Assembly: GCA_038087875.1 (NCBI GenBank)
Contig: JAXLNO010000145.1
Location: 1 to 41,321, forward strand
Direction: 5' to 3'
DNA length: 41,321 nucleotides
Source of the DNA: Malacoraja senta
Taxonomy: Eukaryota
The notes below the pieces were generated by a model. That model saw only the letters and a program-made list of their open reading frames with translations. It did no database searches and was not told the DNA's origin. The translations under genes and the position numbers were made by a program. This document shows positions 1 through 12,087 of the stretch, piece by piece (position 1 is the first letter of the stretch; the number at the start of each line of letters is the position of its first letter).

Positions 1-250
1 TGTGAGATGGCACCGTGACAAATGCAGCAGTTTGAATTTGGATGTTTTTTACTAAAAAAGCGTGGAAATAATCAACCAAATTTTCAAATTTTCAAAACAC
101 CGTCTTCACGAGGAAACGCCCTACAGGAATATGTAAACATTTCTCCGTTATGGCAAATTTTGGTGGAGGAGTAGGAAAAAAGGTAAAACAAATATTCGCG
201 AATTAGAACGAACGTACGAACACGAGAGTTTTAATAAGTATATGATAAGA
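1..250 (-). mobile_element. 5' end of a Helitron-like non-autonomous repeat (runs off window start)
   Basis: The minus strand starts TCTTATCATATACTTATTAAAACTCTC followed by GTTC/GTAC micro-repeats, resembling the 5' end of the plus-strand element at 256 (TATATAAAACTCTC). Confidence 0.5.
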
Positions 251-684
251 TGATATCTATCTATCTATCTATCTATCTATTATATAAAACTCTCTGGCTG
301 TCGTCCGTCTGTACGTCCGTACGTCTGTACGTCCAACGTTCTGCTTGACCTGTGCCGCCTTTGATACCGACCGGCGCCCGCGCGGCACGCGGAAACGCCG
401 ATGTTTTTTACCGTTTCTAAAGAGGTTACGTTTATCTTTACGAATAGACGATCCTGATTAAATTTGGCCGTGTTTATGTACGCTTTTTAAAATAAAATAC
501 CTCTCCCCCCCCAAACCAAACATTTCAAAATGTTTTAAAAAACAGCTCAGCCGCAGAATGTTAGTAAAGATTCCGTTGTGTGATGTCACAATGCACAATG
601 GTCACAGATGTCCAATCAGAATGGATCCATTTACATATGCCTTTGCGGCGGCCCCAGCCCCGGCCCCTCCCCCCCAACCCCCGC

Positions 685-1028
685 AGCATTGGGCATTGTG
701 ACATCACAAAACGAAACCTTCATTTACATTCTATTGCTGAGAGCTGTTTGTTTAACATTTTGAAATGTCCCCATTCCCTATCACCCCCACACACGTGGCG
801 ACGCCCTGCGACACGTGTGACAAATCGGAATGAATCCGTTTACATATGCCTTTGCAGCAGCCCCAGCCCCAGCCCCTCCCCCCCAACCCCGCAGCCTGTG
901 TTGAAGGGCGTCGCCACGTGTGTGGGGGGGATAGGGAATGGGGACATTTCAAAATGTTTAAAAAAACAGCTCTCAGCAATAGAATGTAAATGAAGTTTCC
1001 GTTTTGTGATGTCACAATGCCCAATGCT
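685..1028. repeat. ~120-bp inverted repeat (685-807 / 905-1028)
   Basis: AGCATTGGGCATTGTGACATCAC...GCGACGCCCT pairs with AGGGCGTCGC...GTGATGTCACAATGCCCAATGCT. Confidence 0.9.
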
Positions 1029-1199
1029 CAAAGATGTCCAATCGAAATGGACCAATTTACATATGCCTTTGCAGCAGCCCCAGCCCCAGCCCCTCCCCCC
1101 CACCCCCGCAGCCTGTGTCGAAGGGCGTCGTCACGTGTGTGGCAATAGAGAAAGAGGATTGGGGGTGATAGGGAATGGGAAACAGATGGACTGTCCCTA

Positions 1200-1625
1200 C
1201 TTCAACTCTCCCTCCCCACTCTTCCCCCTCTCTCCTCTCCCCCTCCCTCCCCTCCCACCCCCTCCCTTCCCCCTTCACCACCCCTATTCACCCCCATCTC
1301 CCACCCACCCCCTTCACCTCTCTCTTGCACCACTCCCTGCTACCACTCTGCCCCTCACTCCCCACTGTTCCCACCTCTCTCCCTCCCCCTCCCTCTCTCC
1401 CTCTCTTCCCCTACTCCTCTCCCCTTCCCCTCATCCCCTCTCCCCCCTTCCTGCCCTCCCCGCTCTCCTCCCACTCCAAACTCTCCTAACCCTCCCTCTC
1501 ACCCACCCTGATCTCCTCTCCCTCCCCAATTTCTCCCCTTTCATCTTCCCCCTCTCCCCTCCCTCCCCCTGTCCTCTTCTCTCCCCACCCCGTCTCCCTC
1601 TCCCCTCTTCTCTCCCCCTCCCCCC
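1200..1625. repeat. C/T-rich low-complexity tract
   Basis: Almost pure polypyrimidine sequence. Confidence 0.9.
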
Positions 1626-1779
1626 GAGTGTGTTTGGGGGTGGTTAGTGTGAGTTTGGGGGGTGGTTAGTGTGAGTGTGATGCCGAAGCCCCCCCCCTCC
1701 CGCAAACGCGCATTGGGAAAACAGCCCGCCAACAGTCTCTCTGTCTTTAAGACGGAACTGCAGATGCTGGAAAATCGAA

Positions 1780-1963
1780 GGTACACAAAAAAAAACTGTA
1801 TATCATCAGCGGGTGCAGCAGCATCTATGGATCGAAGGAAATAGGCAACGTTTCGGTAGAAAACCAGTCTGAGGATGGGCTTCGGCCCAAAGCGTTGCCT
1901 ATTTCCTTCGCTCAATAGATGCTGCTGCACACGCTGTGTTTCTCAAGCTTTTTTTTGTGTACC
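1780..1963. mobile_element. Palindromic MITE-like repeat (probably Penelope-end derived); half copy at 2432-2542
   Basis: Arm GGTACACAAAA..GCAGCATCTATGG..AGGAAATAGGCAACG is the reverse complement of CGTTGCCTATTTCCT..ATAGATGCTGC..TTTTGTGTACC. Confidence 0.75.
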
Positions 1964-3031
1964 AGTCTCTCTGTCTCTCCCCTCTCTCTCTCTCTCTCTG
2001 CCCTTCTCTCTTCACAGCCCGCAGCTCAACTCATGAACACCCGCTCAAACCCCCCCCTTCACCTATCTCCCACATCCTCTCCTTCCTCTCTCCACACCCT
2101 CCTCTCTCTCCCCCTTCCTCCCCCCCAGCTGTCATCCGTCTGTACGTCCAACGTCATGCTTGACTTGTGCCACGCAGCCCCTTTGATACCGCCCTACGCC
2201 CACGCAGCACGCGGAAACGCCGATATTTTTACCATTTCTAAAGAGATTACATTTATCTTTACGAATAGACACTCCTGATTAAATTTGGTCGTGTTTATGT
2301 ACACTTTTTTAAATAAAATACTTCTCTCCCCCCCCAAAGCAAACATTTCAAAATGTTAAAAAAAACAGCTCAGCCATAGAATGTTAGTAAAGATTCCGTT
2401 GTGTGATGTCACAATGCTCACAGATGTCCAATCGGTAGAAAACCAGTCTGAGGATGGGCTTCGGCCCAAACCGTTGCCTATTTCCTTCGCTCAATAGATG
2501 CTGCTGCACCCGCTGTGTTTCTCAAGCATTTTTTTGTGTACCAGTCTATCTGTCTCTCCCCTCTCTCTCTCTCTCTCTCTCTCTCTGCCCTTCTCTCTTC
2601 ACAGCCCACGACTCGACTCATGCACGCCCGCTCCAACCCCCCCCCCCTTCACCTCTCTCCCCATCCTCTCTTTCCTCTCTCCACCCCTCTCCTCTCTCCT
2701 CCTTCCTCTCCACCCTCCTCCTCCCTCTCCACCCTCCTCCTCCCCCCTTCAATTTTTTTTTTCTAACATTAAATTTTCACTCTGCCCCAACACCTCTAGA
2801 TGCATCTGAGAGGTGAGGGCTATTCGTCAGTGGATAGGGTGGAGTTGGGATAAAAGAAGCAAATTAAAAAATTAAAATAATATCAAGGGGTGTGATGAGT
2901 GTGTGTGTTTGTGGGTGCCGGATTCCGTGCTTTGGAGGAAAGGGGGTGATTAGTGTGACGCCACAGCCTTCCCCCCCACCCCACAAACGCACGTTCGGTG
3001 TCCAGACCCAACGGGTCTGCACTTGGCCTAG

Positions 3032-3083
3032 TATATATATAAATATATACACACACACACACATAATTACTTTCCTATATATA

Positions 3084-3115
<32 letters not shown>

Positions 3116-3116
3116 C

Positions 3117-3180
<64 letters not shown>

Positions 3181-3215
3181 TATATATATACACACACATA
3201 ATTACTTTCCTCATT
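3032..3215. repeat. (TA)n/(CA)n/(TG)n compound microsatellite
   Basis: Seen directly; CACATAATTACTTTCCT is duplicated at both ends. Confidence 0.95.
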
Positions 3216-3239
3216 TGATGAATGCAAATCTGTGTGTAT

Positions 3240-3982
3240 GTACATATATGTGTGTGTAGACATTCAGTGTGTTCAGTTGATTCACAGCTCAGACATTCGT
3301 GACCTCTCCCTCCCCCATCTTGCAGAGACTGAGCCACACCCACACTTCTGGGTTTTATAATCCCTCCCCCTCCCACCAGAAGGGGCGTGGCCTTCATGGC
3401 ATGATTGATTTATTTCAAACCAACCACCACCAACAAGCATTTGCAATGCTTTATTTCAAACCAACCACCACCAACAACCATTTGCTGTGCTTTATTTTGA
3501 ACCAACCACCACCAACAACCATTTGCTGTGCATTATTTCAAATCATCCTCCATCAACAACCATTTGCTTTGCTTTATTTCAAACCAACCACATTTTCATT
3601 TTAAAACCACATTAAGGGCACTCAAGGTCAGTAAAACCACACTCACAGTTTAGTAGACATGTGTTCAGTGTATTCACAGCTGAGATTGAGAGACATGGCC
3701 CTCTCGCTCCCCCATCTTGCAGAGACTAACTGAGGCACTCAACACTTCCGGGTTTTATAGTCCTGAAGGGGCGTGGCCTTCAGGAGAGAGAATCTCAACA
3801 TTTTGTAAACACTAATAACTCTTTTATTTTTCATCGATGGGAAAAATTCTCTTGTCCTGCACAGTGGAGGGGGACTCTGAGTAAGATGGCCAAAAATCAC
3901 AGCTGTAAGTGGCAGTGTTTTTTCTAAAATCAATATACAGAACAACAGGAAGTGGTCAAGATCAGACTTTTAGTAATATAGA
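3240..3982 (-). mobile_element. 5' part of a second Helitron-like non-autonomous repeat
   Basis: The minus strand begins A|TCTATATTACTAAAAGTCTG at 3982. It has an internal ~140-bp duplication (3258-3397 vs 3655-3782) and a minisatellite. No 3' CTAG end found. Confidence 0.5.
3408..3595. repeat. ~41-bp minisatellite, about 4.5 copies
   Basis: Unit TTTATTTCAAACCAACCACCACCAACAACCATTTGCTGTGC. Confidence 0.9.
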
Positions 3983-4030
3983 TATATGTATTCTGTAGCT
4001 GATCTGTGACCTGCTATATAGCTACACTGC

Positions 4031-4227
<197 letters not shown>

Positions 4228-4242
4228 ATAGCAGAATATAGA

Positions 4243-4391
4243 TCACTGGGAGAACTGTCCCCATGTCTCCCGTAATCTTTTGGCTTCTGCTCTGTGGTTT
4301 GTGGCATTAGCTTTAAGTTTGTGATTGTTCTGTTCGTAGCACATTGCCAGCAGGTGCCACCAGATAACATGAACTGGCTCACTCAACAATC
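4243..4391 (-). CDS. Candidate terminal coding exon of a host TPR-repeat protein
   Basis: Acceptor ttattcattcag|GA, then LLSEPVHVIWWHLLAMCYEQNNHKLKANATNHRAEAKRLRETWGQFSQ*. W4-L7-A8-Y11-A20-A27 and the preceding Pro are in TPR register. Non-repetitive context. Confidence 0.45.
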
Positions 4392-4479
4392 CTGAATGAA
4401 TAATCATGTGAATCACAGGACGGCAGTAGGATTCCTGTCTATGCAGCAGGAAACAGAATTATTTAAAAAAAATACGAGT

Positions 4480-5140
4480 GTAAATGCTGGAAATCTGAAA
4501 TAAAATAACAGAAAATGCTGGAAGTACACAGCAAGTCAGGCAGCATCAGTGGAGAGAGAAAGAGATTTAATGCTTTGGATTAACGAGGATGTTGCCAGGA
4601 CTAGAGGGTCTGAGCTATAGGGAAAGGTTGAGTAGGCTGAGACACTATTCCTTGGATGCTGGAAGATGTGGAGTGATCTTATAGAGCTGTATAAGATCAT
4701 GCGAGGAATAGATCAGGTAGATGCACAGTCTCTTGCCTAGAGTAGGTGAATCGAGGACCAGAGGACATCGGTTTAAGGTGAAGGGGAAAAGATTTAATAG
4801 GAATCAGGGGTAACATTTTCACACAAAGGGTGGTGAATGTATGGAACAAGCTGCCAGGTGAGGTTGTTGAGGCTGGGACTATCCCAATGTTTAAGAAGCA
4901 ATTAGACGGTACATGGATAGGACAGGTTTGGAGGGATATGCACCAAATGTTGGCAGGTGGGACTAATGTAGCTGGGACATGTTGGCCGGTGTGGGTAAGT
5001 TGGGCTGAAGGGCCTGTTTCCACACTGTACAATCCATGTCTATAATGGCCTTTCACAAGATCTTTCAGATCATCAACCTGAAACCTAAACCTATTTCTCT
5101 TTCCAAAGACTCTACCTGACCCACTGAGTATCTTCTGTTG
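4480..5140. mobile_element. Old palindromic repeat (arms ~4480-4580 and ~5060-5140) split by a CR1 fragment
   Basis: AATGCTGGAAGTACACAGCAAGTCAGGCAGCATC and CTACCTGACCCACTGAGTATCTTC arms resemble the 1780-1963 family. Confidence 0.55.
4582..5042 (+). mobile_element. CR1 LINE 3' fragment
   Basis: Decayed ORF2 C-terminus (TRMLPGLEGLSYRERL..., VNVWNKLPGEVVEAGT) and 3' UTR GGGCTGAAGGGCCTGTTTCC. Confidence 0.9.
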
Positions 5141-5369
5141 GGTAAACGTATTTAACGAAGCCACAGTCTTTCAGTTTTTGTATCAATCTGATGCCGCTTT
5201 CTCATAAGGTAAGATAAAACCTTGCTTGAAGTCACTGATCTGAGAATCATTGAACAATTACCGCCCAGAAGAAGGCCACTGAGCAAAGCTCCTACTTCAA
5301 TTCAAAAGCAATTTTCCAATAACTTTTTCTCCTCAAGTTTCCATCCAATTTTATTTTGAAAGTGGCTGA

Positions 5370-5530
5370 TGCAATAGTGACATTTGAAAGAGGCTTTTGG
5401 ATAGGCACATGGAATGGAATGGAAGGATATGGACATGGATCACATGCAAGCTGAGGAGATTAGTTTACTTTGGCATCAGGTTCAGAACTGTGGGCCAAAG
5501 GGCCTGTTCCTCTGTTGCACTGTTCTACGT
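5370..5530 (+). mobile_element. CR1 LINE 3' fragment
   Basis: LDRHM-like end and GGGCCAAAGGGCCTGTTCCT..TGTTCTA tail. Confidence 0.7.
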
Positions 5531-5704
5531 TCCACCAGCTTTTCAGGCAAATGACAAAAAAACACAATTCTTCATGCTGAAGTCTTTATTTTTTTTTATC
5601 AATCACCATAAATTGAGGATCTCTCATTTTCAATACAGCTGCGATTGGAAAATGTTTCTCCTAACAATATTTATGTAGCCTCCATGGACATTTTATGGTT
5701 TTGG

Positions 5705-6031
5705 TAGACAGTCAGAACTTCTTTCCCCAGAGTAGGAAAGACTAGAGGGGATAGCTTTATGATAAGAGGGGCAAAGTTTAAAGGAGATGTGCGGGGCAAG
5801 TCTTTTTACACAGAGAGTGGTAGGTGCCCGAGAAGTGTTACCAGGGATAGTGGTGGAACAAATACAACAGTGGCATACAAGAAGCATTTATATATGCACA
5901 TGGATATGCAGGGAATGGAGGGGTGTGGACCCTATCCTAGGCAAAGGAGATTTGTTTACCTTGGCATCATGTTCATCATAGACTTTGTGGGCTGATGGGC
6001 CTGTTCCTGTGTCGTATTTATCTATGTTCTA
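5705..6031 (+). mobile_element. CR1 LINE 3' fragment
   Basis: RGAKFKGDVRGK / FTQRVVGA motifs and a TCTATGTTCTAT tail. Confidence 0.85.
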
Positions 6032-6200
6032 TTTCCATTAAATCATCAGTCAACTATTTCATTTCTCACTGAAGTCTCTCATGCCAAACACCATTCTTTC
6101 ATGTATCCCCTTCATGCAGTCTTCATATCCTTCCTAAATTGCAGTGAGCATGATTGAAGACCAATTATTTTTGTGACAGAACCACTATTTTTTGGTGTTC

Positions 6201-6277
6201 TTTGTGAACCATGCTCCTTTTTGGACCTTTTTGTGAACCATGCTCCTTTTTGGACCTTTTTGTTAACCATGCTCCTC
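6201..6277. repeat. 29-bp tandem repeat, ~2.6 copies
   Basis: Unit TTTGTGAACCATGCTCCTTTTTGGACCTT. Confidence 0.9.
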
Positions 6278-6360
6278 TTTATATAAAACCCAGACTTTCA
6301 CCCTTAGCTATTTACTCAACCTAAAAAAAAGAAAAAGTGCTGCAGTATCTCAGCAGGTCA

Positions 6361-6672
6361 GGCCACAAACTCTATGAAGCACTTCCCTCTGGAAGGCGAC
6401 TCCGGACTGTCAAAGCTGCCACAGCCAGTCATAAAAACAACTTTTTTTTCCACGAGCAGTAGCTCTACTCAATAACAGAAAGTCTGTAGCCTCCTTTTGC
6501 TTTGGCATTTTATTTCATTCTTCACATGTTTAAATGACAATGTTTTATTTTTAATGGTTTACTCTTAATTTACTGTATGTCGTGTTGTTACTTGCGAGCC
6601 GAGCACCAAGGCAAATTCTTTGTATGTGTACATACTTGGCCAATAAACATATTCATTCATTCATTAATTCAT
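6361..6672 (+). mobile_element. Rex1/Babar LINE 3' fragment
   Basis: GHKLYEALPSGRRLR motif, AATAAA and an (ATTC)n tail. Reverse-complement match to 33320-33630. Confidence 0.85.
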
Positions 6673-8059
6673 ATTCCGTGTCTTTTTCTATTGTTAATCT
6701 AAATCCTATTACACGACAATCACTGTTCACTGAACATTCTGACATGAAGAACACTTTTAATGATGGAAAGTTTTGGGCCAGTTACCAAGAGGTTTTTGTA
6801 CATACATTAATGCAACCAAATAATGATGTGACCTTTTGTGTTCGAGTTTAATCAAACTGGACTGTAGTGGAAATACCAGGAATATGGAGGATGACTTCTA
6901 TCTCTGTCTCTCTCCCTGACCTGCAGTTCCCTTCCTTGTCCCAATCAGGATTATCACCAGACTTTCCTCACCCATTGGAGTGGTCCCAAGACTAACACCC
7001 TCCTAATTCTCATTTACCATTTTGCCCACACCATTGCACTTGGATAACTCGAACTAACAGCAATGGAGAGATAGGCCAAGAATGACCCTGGTGCATTTGC
7101 TTTTCAGCAATACGAAGCCTTGCCTGGATTCCACCTGAAGTTTTGAGGCATTTTCTTTCTTTGGAGCACTTCTACATGGTTAAATTCCCAGTCAAGTCTT
7201 CTGGCATTACAATGATGGTTACAGTTAAGATTTGACTCTCATGTTGTGATGTTGACATTGGTCAAATTTGCCTTTTATCTCTTTCAATTTTATTTTACAT
7301 TCCAGTAGATTCTGGCCATGCCTGCTCAGACTTTTCTTCTGGTGGGAAGAACCCTATGTGGTGGCTATCTCTTTTGGATAATCTCCCTTGGACATGACCT
7401 CCTTCCCACACTCAGTGGGCCAAGGTATGTAGGTGCCAAAGTAGGAGGGAAGTCTCATAATTTCCCTATTCTGCTGTTCTCAAAGAATGCAGCCCTTTGA
7501 TCTTGACTTCTATGACTGTTAAAGGTTTATCACCAGGACATGAATCAAATACTTTTGCTTCAACTTTAATTTGTGGTAATTGGCTCATTTTACTCAAGGC
7601 TACGAAGGAGGTTTAATGAGGGAAATGAAAATGTCAGGTAGCATGGGAAGCTCATTAGGGACTTTAAATGCCATAATTAGTTAATGAACTGTCATGCAAC
7701 CTTATTATGTTTGCCACTAGATGAAAATTGAAGCAATTTTCTTTCCTTATCATTGCTAAGTTTGAAGTACATAACTAAATACAATGCAGTTAATGTTATT
7801 ATCAGGACCTGTGAAATAAATTAACAAACTAGTCCTGGTATGTCAAAAAATACTATATTCACATTTAAAACCATAATGTCAGAGATAACCAAACTGGAAA
7901 GCAATGCTGAATATTCAAATTGAATTTGTTATTATTGTCATTCGGATCGTCAAATAAATAGAATATTAGATAATTAGAATATTATACTATAGAGTTTGCT
8001 GAATGCTGATGTTATTCTTGTGCATGCAAAAGTTAAATTGGACAGGACAGGACAGGACA

Positions 8060-8165
8060 GAATGGTCAGTATGGGAATGGGAAGGGGAGTTAAATGGTTA
8101 GCAACAGGGATATCCAGCAAGCCTTGGTGGACCAAGCACGTGTGAAACTGTCATCTAGTCTCATT
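8060..8165 (-). mobile_element. Short decayed Penelope-like (GIY-YIG region) fragment
   Basis: The minus strand gives a frameshifted PVANH(F)NSPSHSHTD motif. Confidence 0.5.
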
Positions 8166-8282
8166 TCCCTCTCTCGGTGTCCAAAGGGCCAGTTTCAGTT
8201 CAATCTTCCTTATGTAGAACCAAAGTAGATTCCATTCCCTCAAAGTCGAGCTAATGTGTGATCCCAGGCAATGAACAACTGA

Positions 8283-8581
8283 CTACGCAATGCCACTATA
8301 GAGAGCTCGGAAAAATGCTGAAAAGCAGGACCTCCAGAGTTGTTATCTCCGGTTTGCTTCCAGTTCCTCGTGCTGGCGAGAGCAGGAACAGGGAGATACG
8401 GGACCTGAACGTGTGGCTCAGGAACTGGTGCACGGGGCAGGGATTTAGATTCTTAGATCACTGGGATCTGTTTTGGGGTAAGGGGGAACTGTACAAAAGG
8501 GACGGATTGCATCTTAACAGGTGTGGGACCAGCATTCTGGCAGGCAGGTTTGCCACTGCTACACGGGTGGTTTTAAACTGA
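8283..8581 (+). pseudogene. CR1 ORF1 C-terminus, SGNH esterase domain
   Basis: VVISGLLP...LNVWL...DGLHL motifs. Confidence 0.9.
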
Positions 8582-11500
8582 ATAAGGGGGGTGGGGTGTC
8601 GAATGGGATAGTGGAGGATGGAGTTAAAGGGAAAGGGTTTCTTAAATGTGTGAGCGTAGAGACAGAGGAGTGTAAAATGAGGGTAGAAGCAATAGGTAGC
8701 AAGGTGAAAAGTAAAAGTGGAAGACAGACAAAACCAGGGCAAAAATCAAAAAGGGCCACTTTTCAACATAATTGTATAAGGGGTAAGAGTGTTGTAAAAA
8801 CAAGCCTGAAGGCTTTGTGTCTCAATGCAAGGAGCATTCGTAATGAGGTGGATGAGTTCAATGTGCAGATAGCTATTAATGACTATGATATAGTTGGGAT
8901 CACGGAGACATGGCTCCAGGGTGACCAAGGCTGGGAGCTGAACATCCAGGGATATTCAATATTCAGGAGGGATAGAGAGAAAGGAAAAGGAGGTGGGGTA
9001 GCGTTGCTGGTTAGAGAGGAGATTAACGCAGTGGAAAGGAAGGACATTAGCTTGGAGGATGTGGAATCGGTATGGGTAGAGCTGCGAAACACTAAGGGGC
9101 AGAAAACGCTGGTGGGTGTTGTGTACAGGCCACCTAGCAGTAGTAGTGAAGTTGGGGATGGCATCAAACAGGAAATTAGAAATGCGTGCGACAAAGGCAA
9201 AACAGTTATAATGGGTGACTTCAATCTACATATAGATTGGGTGAATCAAATTGGCAGGGGTGCTGAGGAAGAGGATTTCTTGGAATGTATGCGGGATAGT
9301 TATCTAAATCAACATGTAGAGGAACCAACGAGAGAGCAGGCTATTTTAGACTGGGTATTGAGTAATGAGGAAGGGTTAGTTAGCAGTCTTGTTGTACGTG
9401 CCCCCTTGGGCAAGAGTGACCATAATATGGTTGAGTTCTTCATTAGGATGGAGAGTGACATTGTTAATTCAGAAACAATGGTTCTGAACTTAAAGAAAGG
9501 TAACTTTGAGGGTATGAGACATGAATTGGCCATGATTGACTGGCAATTAATTCTAAAAGGGTTGACGGTGGACATGCAATGGAAGACATTTAAAGACTGC
9601 ATGGATGAACTACAAAAATTGTTCATCCCAGTTTGGCAAAAGAATAAATCAGGGAAGGTAGTGCATCCGTGGATAACAAGGGAAATCAGGGATGGTATCA
9701 AAGCGAAAGATGATGCGTACAAATTAGCCAGAAAAAGCAGCATACCAGAGGACTGGGAGAAATTCAGAGACCAACAGAGGAGGACAAAGGGCTTAATTAG
9801 GAAAGGAAAAATAGATTATGAAAGAAAACTGGCAGGGAACATAAAAACTGACTGCAAAAGTTTTTATAAATATGTAAAAAGAAAGAGATTAGTTAAAACA
9901 AATGTAGGTCCCTTGCAGTCAGAAACAGGTGAGTTGATCATGGGGGAACAAGGATATGGCGGACCAATTGAATAACTACTTTGGTTCCGTCTTCACTAAG
10001 GAAGACATAAATAATCTGCCGGAAATAGCAGGGGACCGCGGGTCAAAGGAGTTGGAGGAATTGAGTGAAATCCAGGTTAGTCGGGAAGTGGTTTTGGGTA
10101 AATTGAATGGATTAAAGGCCGATAAATCCCCAGGGCCAGATAGGCTGCATCCCAGAGTACTTAAGGAAGTAGCTCCAGAAATAGTGGATGCATTAGTAAT
10201 AATCTTTCAAAATTCTTTAGATTCTGGAGTAGTTCCTGAGGATTGGCGGGTAGCAAACGTAACCCCACTTTTTAAGAAGGGAGGGAGAGAGAAAACGGGG
10301 AATTACAGACCAGTTAGTCTAACATCGGTAGTGGGGAAACTGCTAGAGTCAGTTATTAAAGATGGGATAGCAACACATTTGGAAAGTGGTGAAATCATTG
10401 GACAAAGTCAGCATGGATTTACGAAAGGTAAATCATGTCGGACGAATCTTATAGAATTTTTCGAGGATGTAACTAGTAGCGTGGATAGGGGAGAACCAGT
10501 GGATGTGGTGTATCTGGACTTCCAGAAGGCTTTCGACAAGGTCCCACATAAGAGATTAGTATACAAACTTAAAGCACATGGCATTGGGGGTTCAGTATTG
10601 ATGTGGATAGAGAACTGGCTGGCAAACAGGAAGCAAAGAGTAGGAGTAAACGGGTCCTTTTCACAATGGCAGGCAGTGACTAGTGGAGTACCGCAAGGCT
10701 CAGTGCTGGGACCCCAGCTATTTACAATATATATTAATGACCTGGATGAGGGAATTGAAGGCAATATCTCCAAGTTTGCGGATGACACTAAGCTGCGGGG
10801 CAGTGTTAGCTGTGAGGAGGATGCTAGGAGACTGCAAGGTGACTTGGATAGGCTGGGTGAGTGGGCAAATGTTTGGCAGATGCAGTATAATGTGGATAAA
10901 TGTGAGGTTATCCATTTTGGTGGCAAAAACAGGAAAGCAGACTATTTTCTAAATGGTGGCCGACTAGGAAAAGGGGAGATGCAGCGAGACCTGGGTGTCA
11001 TGGTACACCAGTCATTGAAAGTAGGCATGCAGGTGCAGCAGGCAGTGAAGAAAGCGAATGGTATGTTAGCTTTCATAGCAAAAGGATTTGAGTATAGGAG
11101 CAGGGAGGTTCTACTGCAGTTGTACAGGGTCTTGGTGAGACCACACCTGGAGTATTGCGTACAGTTTTGGTCTCCAAATCTGAGGAAGGACATTATTGCC
11201 ATAGAGGGAGTGCAGAGAAGGTTCACCAGACTGATTCCTGGGATGTCAGGACTGTCTTATGAAGAAAGACTGGATAGACTTGGTTTATACTCTCTAGAAT
11301 TTAGGAGATTGAGAGGGGATCTTATAGAAACTTACAAAATTCTTAAGGGGTTGGACAGGCTAGATGCAGGAAGATTGCTCCCGATGTTGGGGAAGTCCAG
11401 GACAAGGGGTTACAGCTTAAGGATAAGGGGGAAATCCTTTAAAACCGAGATGAGAAGAACTTTTTTCACACAGAGAGTGGTGAATCTCTGGAACTCTCTG

Positions 11501-11614
11501 CCACAGAGGGTAGTCGAGGCCAGTTCATTGGCTATATTTAAGAGGGAGCTAGATGTGGCCCTTGTGGCTAAAGGGATCAGAGGGTATGGAGAGAAGGCAG
11601 GTACAGGATACTGA
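8582..11614 (+). pseudogene. CR1 ORF2 (APE endonuclease + reverse transcriptase), one frameshift at G-run 9942-9946
   Basis: LNARS, GITETW, GDFN, SDH; NYRPVSL, LDFQKAFD, GVPQGSVLGP, FADD. ORFs 8521-9975 and 9956-11614 overlap. Confidence 0.95.
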
Positions 11615-12025
11615 GTTGGATGATCAGCCATGATCATATTGAATGGCGGTGCAGGCTCGAAGGGCCGAATGGCCTACTCCTGCACCTAATTTCTATGTTT
11701 CTATGTTTCTATGTTTACCAACTGGCAAACCTTGTCAAAAATCTTGAATATCAATAAGTAATATTAAGAAATATTAATATTAATCTTGAATATTAGCACA
11801 AACTTTGATGTTTATAAATATCCAAAAACTATCATACATCTCATATTACAATATAAGAAATAGAAAATCTCGTCTGTAGATGAAAGATTTCTATCAGTAG
11901 TTGAAGAAAATTTGCATACAATAACCTTTGTCAATCACGACACATAGATCAAACACACTCACACATAGCGACTCAGTCATGCTTATCTAATGAGCTCAGT
12001 GAAATTCTGTATATAGAACCTGTTT

Positions 12026-12087
12026 ACGATACGATACGATAGAACTTTATTTAACCCAGGAGGGAAATTGATCTGCCAAGTCATAAA
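12026..12087 (-). mobile_element. 3' tail of the Rex1-type LINE whose body is at 25391-26283
   Basis: (ACGAT)3 tail and TTTATT. The sequence resumes after the hAT TSD at 25391. Confidence 0.75.

Larger units (their letters stand above)
256..3031 (+). mobile_element. Non-autonomous Helitron-like element, mosaic interior
   Basis: 5' A|TC(TATC)n TATATAAAACTCTC plus GTCC/GTCT repeats. 3' hairpin CAGACCC-aac-GGGTCTG (3003-3019) lies 8 nt before CTAG|T (3028-3031). No TIR, TSD or RepHel ORF. Confidence 0.7.
8283..11716 (+). mobile_element. CR1 LINE, 5'-truncated in ORF1, young
   Basis: ORF1 end, full APE-RT ORF2, 3' UTR and an (TTCTATGT)x3 tail. Confidence 0.97.

Noticed and set aside
3408..3595. 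CRISPR-like periodic repeat
   Set aside because: No unique spacers, eukaryotic context and no cas genes; it is a minisatellite.
6680..8050. Possible further host exons in unique sequence (also 11720-12020, 32820-33240)
   Set aside because: No convincing splice-bounded open frame with recognisable protein features was found by eye.
8275..11725. CAACTG near both CR1 ends as a TSD
   Set aside because: Short, offset from the junctions and could be chance.
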